A stretch of DNA of 37,843 nucleotides from Planctomycetota bacterium (lineage in GTDB: Bacteria > Planctomycetota > UBA8108 > UBA1146 > JAJFFE01). Below the pieces are notes generated by a model. The model worked only from the letters and a program-made list of their open reading frames with translations. It had not been told where the DNA came from and ran no database searches. The translations under genes were made by a program, and so were the position numbers. Every line of letters starts with the position of its first letter. The first letter of the stretch is position 1. The stretch lies in contig JBCCHQ010000044.1 of NCBI GenBank assembly GCA_039028735.1, forward strand, positions 1 through 37,843, in the 5' to 3' direction. Of this stretch, positions 18,244 through 27,200 are shown piece by piece.

Positions 18244-19947
18244 TTACGGACAGGCGGCGAACACTCCGCACTGGAGGAGGTCCGGAGTCGTGTCGACGCC
18301 ACAAGCCGGGAACGGCGCGGGTGGGGGTGCACCCTGGAGGAACAAGTGGGTGAGAAGGATCACCGCATCGGACAGGTCGACGACATTGCTGTCGTTCACA
18401 TCCGCAGCGCGTTCGCACGGAAATGGGGCACCGCCGGCGAACAGCGTCGTCAGCAGGTTCACTGCGTCGGTGATCTGAATCGAGCCATCGGCGTTCACGT
18501 CCCCACGGATGAAGTCCACAGGGGAAATCTCGCTGATCGTGATCCGCAGGATGACGTCGGTTGGCGCCGGCACGCTGGCGATGGTGCCAGCCGGTGTCGG
18601 TGTGCCAACGAGGGAAGCCAAGTAGGTGCCAGCAGGGTCGCTCACGGTGAGGTCCGTCAGCAGGCCGTTCTCGTCGGTTGCCGTACCACCAAGAGTGCTG
18701 AATGCAGCACCAGCAGCCACGTCGTTGGTCTCGGTGCCACAATCGACAATGTCCTGAGCCCGAATCTCGATGACCAGCGGTCCGGCGAAGTCGCCCAATG
18801 AATCGTAGAGTTCGTGGGTGGTAGGCACGCTGGTCGCGACGAACAGATCGTTCGATGGGATCACCATCGTCGCATAGCTGAAGTATCGGTTCACGGTCGT
18901 ATCACCGATCGTGAAGTCGTAGTTCGCAGTCTCTCCGGGGCTGAACACAGGAATCGGGATCGTGTCCGCAGTGATCGTAGCGGACGCTCCGCCAGCGTTC
19001 CCCGCTGCGCTCGCCACGAAGGCGTCGTCAATCGGGCCCGTCATTCCTTCTTCCGCCAATTCTTCCAGACCCGGGAACAGGCTCGCCATCTGGCCACCCG
19101 TCCAAACGTCGAAGGAGCCGTCGTGAGCGGCGACCCACAGCGGGGTCGCGAACAGGCCGCCGGCCGGCTCCAAGTTCTCCACAGTAAGGCGCAGAGTCGG
19201 GGAAGGTGCCTTCTTGATCGTGATCCGGGCCAGCAGTGTCGTCGGAGTGAACGTCGAGCCGACGGTCGCACCGGTTGCGGTCGTCGTCCCTACGATGGAC
19301 GTCAAGTAGTTGGCGGCGGGATCGATGTCGTAGATGTCTGCCAGCAGGTTGTTCTCAGTCGTCGCAGTGCCGCCCAAAGCCGAGAACGCGGCTCCTGCCG
19401 TGATGTCGTTGACCTCGGTGCCCCCATCGACGACGTCGCTGCCATAGACCTCGATCGTCAGCGGGCCCGTGAAGTTGCCGGCTGCGTCGTAGAGTTCGTG
19501 CGTCGTCGGGACGCTTGTCGCAATGAAGAGGTCGTTGGACGGGATCACCATAGCGGCATAGCTGAAGTAGCGATTGACCGCAGGGTCCCCGATATCGAAG
19601 AGCATCGTGCGCGACTCGCCAGGGCTGAAGACCGGAGCGGCGATGTTGTCGGCGGCAACGGTTGTGTGCGCGCCGCCAGCAAGCCCGGCGGGGCTGTTCT
19701 CGAAAGCGGTCCCGATCGGACCCGTGTCTCCTTCCTCGGCGATCTCCTCGAGGCCGGGGAAGTTGCCTGCGGGCTCGCCACTGGACCAGACATCGAAAGT
19801 ACCGTCGTGAGCAGAAATCCAAAATGGTGTGATGAAGAAGCTGTTGAGCTCTTGCGTATTCTCGATCACGACAACGACAGATTCACCGCGTGCGGTGCCG
19901 GCGAACAGAGAAACCAGCAGGATTCCCAAAGCGAATCGGTGGGCCAT
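18244..19947 (-). CDS. Secreted protein with two tandem spondin_N domains and a C-terminal dockerin-type (EF-hand-like) repeat pair plus a Cys-rich tail (567 aa)
   Basis: The ATG at 19947 has an AAGAGGAGG SD, and the signal is MAHRFALGILLVSLFAGTARG. Two copies of the spondin_N hallmark are present: F(I/A)TP(F/L)W(I/V)(S/A)AHDG(T/S)FDVW ... NRYFSYA(A/T)MVIPSNDLF(I/V)ATSVPTTHELYD. The C-terminus has GDVNADGSIQITDAVNLL and ADVNDSNVVDLSDAVILL (dockerin type I-like Ca loops), then PFPACGVDTTPDLLQCGVFAACP. The track start at 20007 is a spurious extension. Confidence 0.85.
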   Translation of the reverse strand: MAHRFALGILLVSLFAGTARGESVVVVIENTQELNSFFITPFWISAHDGTFDVWSSGEPAGNFPGLEEIAEEGDTGPIGTAFENSPAGLAGGAHTTVAADNIAAPVFSPGESRTMLFDIGDPAVNRYFSYAAMVIPSNDLFIATSVPTTHELYDAAGNFTGPLTIEVYGSDVVDGGTEVNDITAGAAFSALGGTATTENNLLADIYDIDPAANYLTSIVGTTTATGATVGSTFTPTTLLARITIKKAPSPTLRLTVENLEPAGGLFATPLWVAAHDGSFDVWTGGQMASLFPGLEELAEEGMTGPIDDAFVASAAGNAGGASATITADTIPIPVFSPGETANYDFTIGDTTVNRYFSYATMVIPSNDLFVATSVPTTHELYDSLGDFAGPLVIEIRAQDIVDCGTETNDVAAGAAFSTLGGTATDENGLLTDLTVSDPAGTYLASLVGTPTPAGTIASVPAPTDVILRITISEISPVDFIRGDVNADGSIQITDAVNLLTTLFAGGAPFPCERAADVNDSNVVDLSDAVILLTHLFLQGAPPPAPFPACGVDTTPDLLQCGVFAACP

Positions 19948-20106
19948 AACGCCTCCTCTTTCGTGACGACTGATCCGGGTCCGAGTAGCGCGGCACTCGG
20001 TGCCCAAGTAAGGTGGGGGACCGCGAGGCCGTCGGCTCGCTTGGCTCCACTATCAACCTACCTCTCGCAACGGCGGCGGCGAGCAGGCGTTCCGGTTGAC
20101 TACTTT

Positions 20107-20123
20107 TTGGAACACGCTGTTCC
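20107..20123. promoter_or_regulatory. 17-bp inverted repeat TGGAACA-cgc-TGTTCCA (T-N11-A-type LysR box candidate) about 40 bp upstream of the LysR gene
   Basis: Perfect 7-bp arms with a 3-bp spacer sit in the 215-bp divergent intergenic region between the spondin gene and the LysR gene. Additional GGAAAC/GTTCC half-sites lie nearby (20124-20145). Confidence 0.35.
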
Positions 20124-20162
20124 AGGAAACGAGACAGCGTTCCCAGCAGCCGAGAGTCGTAC

Positions 20163-21044
20163 ATGACCAAATCCCGGGAGATCGAGCCGTTCTGGAGCTG
20201 GATCCCAGCGTTTCGCGCCGTGGCCGAACATCAGAGTCTCAGCGAAGCGGCAGCGGCACTCGACATCAGCCGATCGGCGTTGTCGCGCAGCATTCGCTTG
20301 CTGGAACAGAACGTCGGAGTCGAGCTGTTTCGCCGTTCTGGACGCACCCTGAGTCTGAATCGACGTGGCGAACAGTTCCTGGAGTCGGTGCGTCTGGCGA
20401 TGCGGGTCGTGCACGAGGGCTTTAGCCAAGTGCGGTCCGAGACACCCACGGGCAAGATCGTCGTCTCCTCCAGCGGGCCCTGCCTGCACCTGATCGAGCC
20501 AGTGCTCAGCGAAGTGACGTTGATGTGGCCGGATCTCGACGTCGAGGTGTGTTTCTGTCCCCCCGCAGAGACCAACGCGAAGCTCCTGCGAGGCGAGATC
20601 GATCTCGCGCTTCTGACGAATCCGACGGCTGACGATACCGTGCAGCTGGAGCGGCTGGGTGAGCTCGAGTACGGCGTCTACTGTGGGCTGGGGCACGCGC
20701 TGCAGGGGCTTACCCAACCCGCGCCGGAGGCGGTCCTCGAGCATGCGTTCGTCGCACCCCACACGAATGCGCTGCCGGGAGATCCTTGGCCACCGTCCCT
20801 GCCGCGAGAGGTTGGGCTACGAGTGCATCAACTGTCGCTGGCGATGCAGGTCTGCGCCCGCGGTCAGCTCTTGGGCGTGTTTCCAGACGCCGCGGTAGCG
20901 CGGAGCGCGATGGCTGAGTCTCTCCAGAGAGTCCCTTTCGACGTACTCCCCGCGCTTCCGGCGTACGCCGTGCGGCGCGCAGATGTTGCCGACCAGATGC
21001 CGGCGCAGCGGCTGCTTGAATTGGTGCGCGCGGCCCTGAGGTGA
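20163..21044 (+). CDS. LysR-family transcriptional regulator (293 aa)
   Basis: The N-terminal wHTH is FRAVAEHQSLSEAAAALDISRSALSRSIRLLEQNVGVELFRRSGRTLSLNRRGEQF. The C-terminal part is a substrate-binding-like co-inducer domain. The gene is divergent from the spondin gene. Confidence 0.9.
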   Translation: MTKSREIEPFWSWIPAFRAVAEHQSLSEAAAALDISRSALSRSIRLLEQNVGVELFRRSGRTLSLNRRGEQFLESVRLAMRVVHEGFSQVRSETPTGKIVVSSSGPCLHLIEPVLSEVTLMWPDLDVEVCFCPPAETNAKLLRGEIDLALLTNPTADDTVQLERLGELEYGVYCGLGHALQGLTQPAPEAVLEHAFVAPHTNALPGDPWPPSLPREVGLRVHQLSLAMQVCARGQLLGVFPDAAVARSAMAESLQRVPFDVLPALPAYAVRRADVADQMPAQRLLELVRAALR

Positions 21045-21539
21045 CGGGCATCCGCTTGGCTGTTCCTTCGTCGTTGATATCGCGAACTCCGATCCCAGGA
21101 GAGCCTGGCGGCGGGAATCGCTGCCACTCGTGGTGTACTTTCCCCCTGCAGTTGTGGTTGCGACCATTGCGAGTTCCGTCATAAACGTTTACGGTGCTTG
21201 TATTGTCGTCCTCTTGCTGGCTTCTCGGAGTCTACAGGCATAGGAGCCCCGCGAGGGTAGGGGCTACAGCCCTTCGAGATCCCGCAGAGAGACAAGTGGA
21301 ACACTCATTGCTTAGCGGCTCGTTCCGACGCTGCCAACGAGTGCGCCCCGCGATTCAAAGCGCGTTCGGAGCCGCCGCAGGCGTTCCTTGAATTCGGCTA
21401 CTCGCAACAGAATAGCTCGATCTTCGCCGTCTTGGCGAGGACGTGTTGCAGCGACCGGTGCCACCGCGTCGCAGGCACTGGTCGCCGTCCAGCTCTCGGA
21501 GGAGGCTTTGGTTTGTTCGACGAACTGCTTACGAACTGC

Positions 21540-22199
21540 ATGCTGCTCGTCAATCTTCCCTACACGATCTTGTTAGTGCTCGCTCTGGTCTATTGGACGA
21601 CCGTGATTCTGGGAGTTCTCGACTTCAACTCTGCGGATGCAGACCTGCATGTCGACGGTGACGTCCACGGCGCGCTGGAGGGGGGGGCGCACGCCGACGG
21701 GGATGGCGCAGATGGTCACACTGGCGGTGACGATATCGTGTCGGGACTCCTCAAGCTCGCGGGCATTGGAGAAGTTCCAATCATGATTGTTATCAGCATC
21801 GCGTCGTTGGTCATGTGGGCCAGTTCAGTGATGACCAACTATCACTTCAACTCCGACGGTGCGCTGTGGGTCGGCGCGGTGATTCTCGTGCCAAACCTAA
21901 TTCTCGGGTTCGGCTTTGCGCGACTGATCACGTTGCCGCTGCGACCGCTCTTTCGCGTAGTCGAGGACGATGAGGGCTCGCAGCACGAGATGCTGATTGG
22001 CAAGCCGTGCGTGATCCGCAGTGAGGCTGCCAATCTCGAGTATGGCCAAGCCGAGGTCAGAACCGAGGGTGCCCCAAACCTAGTGAATGTACGTACCAGG
22101 CAAGAGACCCCGCTAGCGCGGGGAGAGGAGGCTGTAATCGTAGACTACGATGCCGCCAAGAACGTCTACGTCGTAGCCAGTATCGATTGGGAGGCTTGA
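21540..22199 (+). CDS. NfeD-like / YqiJ-type inner-membrane protein (flotillin partner), 219 aa
   Basis: From the ATG at 21540 the N-terminus MLLVNLPYTILLVLALVYWTTVILGVL is a TM segment. An Asp/His/Gly-rich loop follows, then 2-3 more TM helices. The C-terminal soluble part (CVIRSEA..GQAEVRTEGAPNLVNVRT...AVIVDYDAAKNVYVV) is typical of the NfeD OB-fold domain. The stop lies 3 bp before the flotillin start. The track start (TTG 21432) gives an implausible Arg/Cys-rich extension. Confidence 0.7.
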   Translation: MLLVNLPYTILLVLALVYWTTVILGVLDFNSADADLHVDGDVHGALEGGAHADGDGADGHTGGDDIVSGLLKLAGIGEVPIMIVISIASLVMWASSVMTNYHFNSDGALWVGAVILVPNLILGFGFARLITLPLRPLFRVVEDDEGSQHEMLIGKPCVIRSEAANLEYGQAEVRTEGAPNLVNVRTRQETPLARGEEAVIVDYDAAKNVYVVASIDWEA

Positions 22200-22201
22200 A
22201 C

Positions 22202-24226
22202 ATGATCGACAACACAACAATGCTTGCTCAGATGGGCCAAGAAGTAACGCTCATCATTATCATCGTCGGCGCGATCATGTTGGTGGGGATCCTCATCACG
22301 CTGGTGAAGTGCTATCAGAAGGTGGCGCAGGGGACCGCCCTGGTCCGTAACGGTGTGGGTGGCTCTCGCGTAGCGTTCACCGGCATCGTTGTCTTCCCGA
22401 TCATTCACAAGTCCGAGCGCATGGACATTTCGGTCAAGCGGGTGAAGATCTTGCGCAAAGGAGAGGAAGGGTTGGTTTGCAAGGACAACTTGCGAGCTGA
22501 TATTGAAGTCGCCTTCTTCGTGCGTGTGAACAAGACTCCACAGGACGTGTTGCGCGTCGCACAGTCTCTCGGCTGTGTCCGTGCGTCTGAAGAATCATCG
22601 CTGCGTGAGTTCTTTGACGCCAAATTCTCCGAAGCTCTGAAGACGGTCGGCAAGAAGTTCGATTTCGTCGATCTCTACGAGCAGCGCCACCAGTTCAAAG
22701 ACGAGATTCTCAAGATCATCGGCACCGACCTCAACGGGTATGTGCTCGATGACGCAGCGATCGACTTCCTCGAGCAGACGCCATTGGACAAGTTGAACCC
22801 CGATAACATCCTGGACGCGGAGGGAATCAAGAAGATCACCGAACTCACGGCGGCGCAGCAAATGCTCGCCAACGACATCACTCGAAACAAAGAGAAGGTG
22901 ATCACGAAGCAAGATGTCGAAGCGCGCGAGACAATCCTGGAGTTGGAGAGGCAGCAAGCGGAAGCCGTGGAGAAGCAGGCGCGCGAGGTTGCGGCGCTGA
23001 CATCCCGCGAGCGGGCAGAAGCCGAGAAGATTGGGCACGAGGAGCGCTTGAAGTCTGAGCGCGCCCGAATCGCTTCGGATGAAGAGATTGCAATCGCCGT
23101 TGAGAACAAGGATCGGCAAGTGCTCGTTGCGCAGCGCAACAAAGAGCGAGTCGACTTCGTCGAGCGCGAGCGCGTCGAGAAAGATCGGATGCTCGAAGCC
23201 ACCGAGCGAGAGCGAATCGTCGAATTGGCTCAGATCGAGAAGGAGAAGGCCCTCGAACTCGAGCGCCGCAACATTCAAGAGGTGATTCGCGACCGCGTCG
23301 TGGTCGAACGATCGGTCGTCGAGGAGCAGCAGCGCATCAAGGACACCGAGGAGTTCGCGACCGCGGACCGCGCGAAGCAAGTAGCTGTCACGCTTGCAGA
23401 GAAGAGTGCCCAGGAATCACTGGTGCTCGAAGTTCAAGCAGCCGACGCGTCTCGCATGGCTGCGGAGAAACACGCTGAGCGCCGTGTGATCGAGGCCGAC
23501 GCAGAACGAGCAGCTGCGGAGAAGGAGGGTGAGGCCAAGAAGATCCTGGCCGAAGCTACGGCCGCGGAAGAGGCTGCGCTGGGCATGGCAGAGGCCCAGG
23601 TCATGGAGGCGAAGGCAGAGGCGACGGAGAAGCAGGGCGCCGTGGACGCCAGCGTAGCCAAGCTGAAGTTCACTGCCGAAGCGGAGGGCATCGAGGAGAA
23701 GGCCAACGCCATGAAACTCTTCGACGGTGTGGGCCGCGAGCACGAAGAGTTCAAGCTGCAGCTCAACAAGGAGAAAGACATCGAACTTGCCGGTATCGAC
23801 GTCCACCGATCAATCGCCGAAGAGAAGGCGAAGATCCTCGGCGAAGCGCTCAAGAGCGCCAATATCGACATCGTCGGCGGAGACGTGGAGTTCATCGATC
23901 GTATCGTCAACTCAGTGGGCGGCGGTAAGAGTGTCGATGCTTGGGTCGAGAAGTCGCGCGTACTCACGGACGTCAAGGACACGTTCTTCGACGGCAATGG
24001 CGACTTCAAGGGCAAGCTGCGTGACTTCATTGGGCAGTTCGGACTCGAATCAGAAGACATCAAGAACCTGTCGATCGCGGCGTTGATCGGCAAGCTGATG
24101 TCAGAGGCCACAGAAGACGGAACGCGTTCCAAGCTGCAAGGGATGCTCGACATGGTCAAGTCGTCAGGGCTGGAGAACGTGATGGCGTCCAACCTCGGCC
24201 TAGGGACTCGCAACTCGACTCAATAG
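22202..24226 (+). CDS. Flotillin-family SPFH/band-7 protein (YqiK/FloT-like), 674 aa
   Basis: The ATG at 22202 has a GGGAGG SD. The N-terminal TM is LIIIIVGAIMLVGILITLV. The SPFH core is VRNGVGGSRVAFTGIVVFPIIHKSERMDISVKRV...NLRADIEVAFFVRV. A very long E/A/R/K-rich coiled coil (flotillin EA repeats) follows, then a C-terminal flotillin-like domain. Confidence 0.9.
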   Translation: MIDNTTMLAQMGQEVTLIIIIVGAIMLVGILITLVKCYQKVAQGTALVRNGVGGSRVAFTGIVVFPIIHKSERMDISVKRVKILRKGEEGLVCKDNLRADIEVAFFVRVNKTPQDVLRVAQSLGCVRASEESSLREFFDAKFSEALKTVGKKFDFVDLYEQRHQFKDEILKIIGTDLNGYVLDDAAIDFLEQTPLDKLNPDNILDAEGIKKITELTAAQQMLANDITRNKEKVITKQDVEARETILELERQQAEAVEKQAREVAALTSRERAEAEKIGHEERLKSERARIASDEEIAIAVENKDRQVLVAQRNKERVDFVERERVEKDRMLEATERERIVELAQIEKEKALELERRNIQEVIRDRVVVERSVVEEQQRIKDTEEFATADRAKQVAVTLAEKSAQESLVLEVQAADASRMAAEKHAERRVIEADAERAAAEKEGEAKKILAEATAAEEAALGMAEAQVMEAKAEATEKQGAVDASVAKLKFTAEAEGIEEKANAMKLFDGVGREHEEFKLQLNKEKDIELAGIDVHRSIAEEKAKILGEALKSANIDIVGGDVEFIDRIVNSVGGGKSVDAWVEKSRVLTDVKDTFFDGNGDFKGKLRDFIGQFGLESEDIKNLSIAALIGKLMSEATEDGTRSKLQGMLDMVKSSGLENVMASNLGLGTRNSTQ

Positions 24227-24275
24227 TCGTGGTGCGTGATGGATCCCTTGGTTCGATCGTCGAAGGCTGACGACA

Positions 24276-27200
24276 GTGGAGGCTGCATTGACCGACCCTA
24301 GTAGCACCCCAAAGTCCTCCGAGGCGCGCCTCGAGGCCGGCACGTACGAGGTGATCCGCAATCGCCTCGACCAGCACGGCCTGGCTTTGCGCGAGCGTCT
24401 CGAGCAGCTCAATGCCGCCCGCAAGGAGGTCTTTGGCGCGATTGAGACCCGCCTGCTTGCTACCGAGAGAATGACGACCGAGCACAATTGCGTGCCGCGC
24501 GACATCCTGGCGTTGGGGAACCAGCTGCTCTTTGGCTACAACGTGCAGTTCGGTCTGAAGACCGAAACCCGTCCCAGCGATGTATTCGCCGTCTACGAGT
24601 ACAGCGACTGGAAGTTCCGCAAGCAGGAACTGCACCTGCTGGCTGACGAGCGCTTCCAAGAGGACTTCCGGGAGCTGTATCGGTACTACAAGAAGTCGAT
24701 CTTCGTGAAGTTCGTCGTGCGCGGCGTCTTCTTGTACGCCGTGTTTCGGATCGGCGCGGGAGTTAGCGACATCAAGTCGTTCAAGTGGCGCCTCGAAGAC
24801 GAGCGGTTGACGTATCTCGACAATCGCAGTGACCATGAGGTCCTGTTTCCACCCCAGCACGAGTTCGAATGGACTCGCACGCACCGCGATCTGCACCGTC
24901 ATGGTGAACACCCACACATCTCGATCGAAGACCGCGTCTTTGTCGAAACCGTGGGCGGGGACCTCACAGTCAAAGTTGAGGACAACACGGAGTCGGGAAG
25001 CGGCATCTACGCCGAACCCGTCGAGAATCTCGATCAGACTCTAGACGATGCGGAAGTGTTCTACTCCTGCATCGAGTCTATCGTTTTGCTGAAGATACGC
25101 CCCTACCAAGAGCAGCAGTTTCGTTACCTCGTCTTCAACGAGAAGGTGCAGCAAGTGCACCGCGTCGATAGCATCGAGAATTCATGCGTTCTGCTCCCAG
25201 ATGGGCACGGTCTGATCTTCGCGGACGGCTACTATCTGCAGACCGGTGAGCTGAAGCTCTTCGACAACCAGCTTCGCAACATGATGTTCGAACGCCGTGT
25301 GACATCCCCGAACGGCGAAGACTACCTGTATGTCTTCTACCACCGGCGTTCCGGGGAGTACGTCCTCTTGTCGTACAACGTGATTGCGCAGCAGGTGGCA
25401 ACGCCGATTCTGTGCAGCGGCTTCACGCTGGCTGAGAATGGCGAACTGCTGTACTTCAAGTCGCACGAAGACCCCCAGAAGCACCATCCGATCCAGATCT
25501 GGCAAACGCCCTACATGGATGTCGACTTCGAGTTGCCCGACGAAAGCGACTCTCTGTTGTTTCGAGTGGGGAACCGCGATCTCGTGCGGGGGATGGCTGA
25601 GTGCCACGACATCTTGTCGTTGCTCCGCAAGGACGACTCGTACGCCAACCTCTACGTCGACATCGTCAAGCGGTGTAACGATCTCTTGGATTCTTGCTAC
25701 TGGATCGACGAAGAAGAAGCGTCGCAGCTCGGTGAGGTGCTCCGCGAGATTCGCGCTGCCGCCTCTTCTGCCGTCGGCGAGTTCGACAAGGTCGTCACCG
25801 CAAAGCGCGAGACCCGCCAACGTGTGGCTGCCGTCGAGACTGCCGCGCGCAAACTCGTCAGCGAGGTACGCAGCGCGCGCTTTGAAGAGATTGCCAGTTT
25901 CGTGACTGCACTGGCCCAACTGCGGACGATTCGGGGCGAGATTGTAGGGCTCGGCGAGCTGCGATACGTCGATACGACGCTTGTCGAAGAGCTGGAATTC
26001 TTGGTGGCGGGTCAGAGTGACAGCTGCGCGGAACGCTGTTTGGAGTTCTTGTTGCAGCCAGAGTCCCTGCAGCCGTATCGGCTGGAAGTCGCGGCGTACC
26101 CGGAGCAGATCGAGGCTCTGACGACGGCTCAGCAGGGGCGCGATCTCGGCGTCGAGCACGAGAAGACAGCCGCAGCGTTGGAAATGTTGATCGAGATGGT
26201 CAGCAACTTGAAGGTCGACGATGCGACCCGTCGCACAGAGATCATCGATCGAATCTCTGAGATCTTCACCAGCCTGAACCAGGTGCGCGCCGCCCTGAAG
26301 CAGAAGCTCAAGGAGCTGGGAACAGCTGAGGGGATTGCAGAGTTCAGTGCGCAACTCAAGCTGTTGCAGCAGAGTGTGATCAACTACCTGGACCTTTGCG
26401 ACACGCCGGCGAAGTGCGACGAGTTCCTAACGAAGCTGATGGTGCAACTGGAAGAGCTCGACGGTCGCTTTGCCGAGTTCGATGAGTTTGTCGAGGAGAT
26501 CGGCGAGAAGCGGCAAGAAGTGTACGACGCCTTCGAGGCGCGCAAGCTGGCCTTGTCAGAGGCCAGGAGTCGCCGCGCCGGGTCGCTGCGCAAGACCGCC
26601 GAGCGGATCTTGAAGGGGATCGACGTGCGGCTGGAGGCGCTCGAGTCTACCAACGAGATCAACAGCTACTTTGCGTCGGACCTGATGGTCGACAAAGTGC
26701 GCGACTTGGTAAATCAGCTGATCGAGATCGACGACACCGTCAAGGCGGACGAGATTCAAAGTAGTCTCAAGACGCTGCGAGAGAATGCGGTTCGGCAGTT
26801 GAAGGATCGCCAGGATCTGTTCGTCGACGGTCAGAGTGTGATTCGGTTCGGACCCCACCGCTTCTCAGTGAACTCGCAGCCGCTGGACCTATCGATCGTC
26901 ATGCATGACGGATCACTTCACTTTCACCTGACAGGAACGGACTTCTTCGAGCCGATCAGGAATGAAGAGTTCTTGGAGACGCGAGCCGTCTGGGATCAAC
27001 ACGTCGCGTCTGAGTCGAAGGACGTCTATCGTGGAGAATTCCTTGCCCACGATTTGTTCCAGGATCTTGCGGACCGCGGCGCAGACGCTGTATCGAAGTT
27101 TCACGAGCGAGACGAGGCGTCCAGAATCGAAGAGGTCCGCGACTTCATGGCGCCGCGTTATCACGATGGCTACGTCAAGGGAGTGCATGACAGCGACGCA

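Noticed and set aside
17609-18332. ORFs 17609..17875(-), 17617..17853(-), 17831..18223(+), 17877..18332(-)
   Set aside because: They have Arg/Pro/Ala-rich low-complexity translations and no RBS. They overlap the real signal-peptide ORF or the spondin gene's terminator region, consistent with GC-rich noise.
20100-20762. 220-aa minus-strand ORF antisense to the LysR gene, and similar long antisense ORFs (25182..26354, 22595..23380, 23434..24213, 24156..24917, 26913..27803)
   Set aside because: Each lies opposite a gene with clear family signatures (LysR, AAA_5 giant, flotillin). Their translations are low-complexity (Leu/Arg/Ser-rich) and lack start-site signals.
21432-21539. TTG-initiated 36-aa N-terminal extension of the NfeD/YqiJ-like gene (MARTCCSDRCHRVAG...)
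   Set aside because: It has an implausible Cys/Arg-rich sequence before the first TM helix and no RBS. The ATG at 21540 starts directly with a canonical TM segment.
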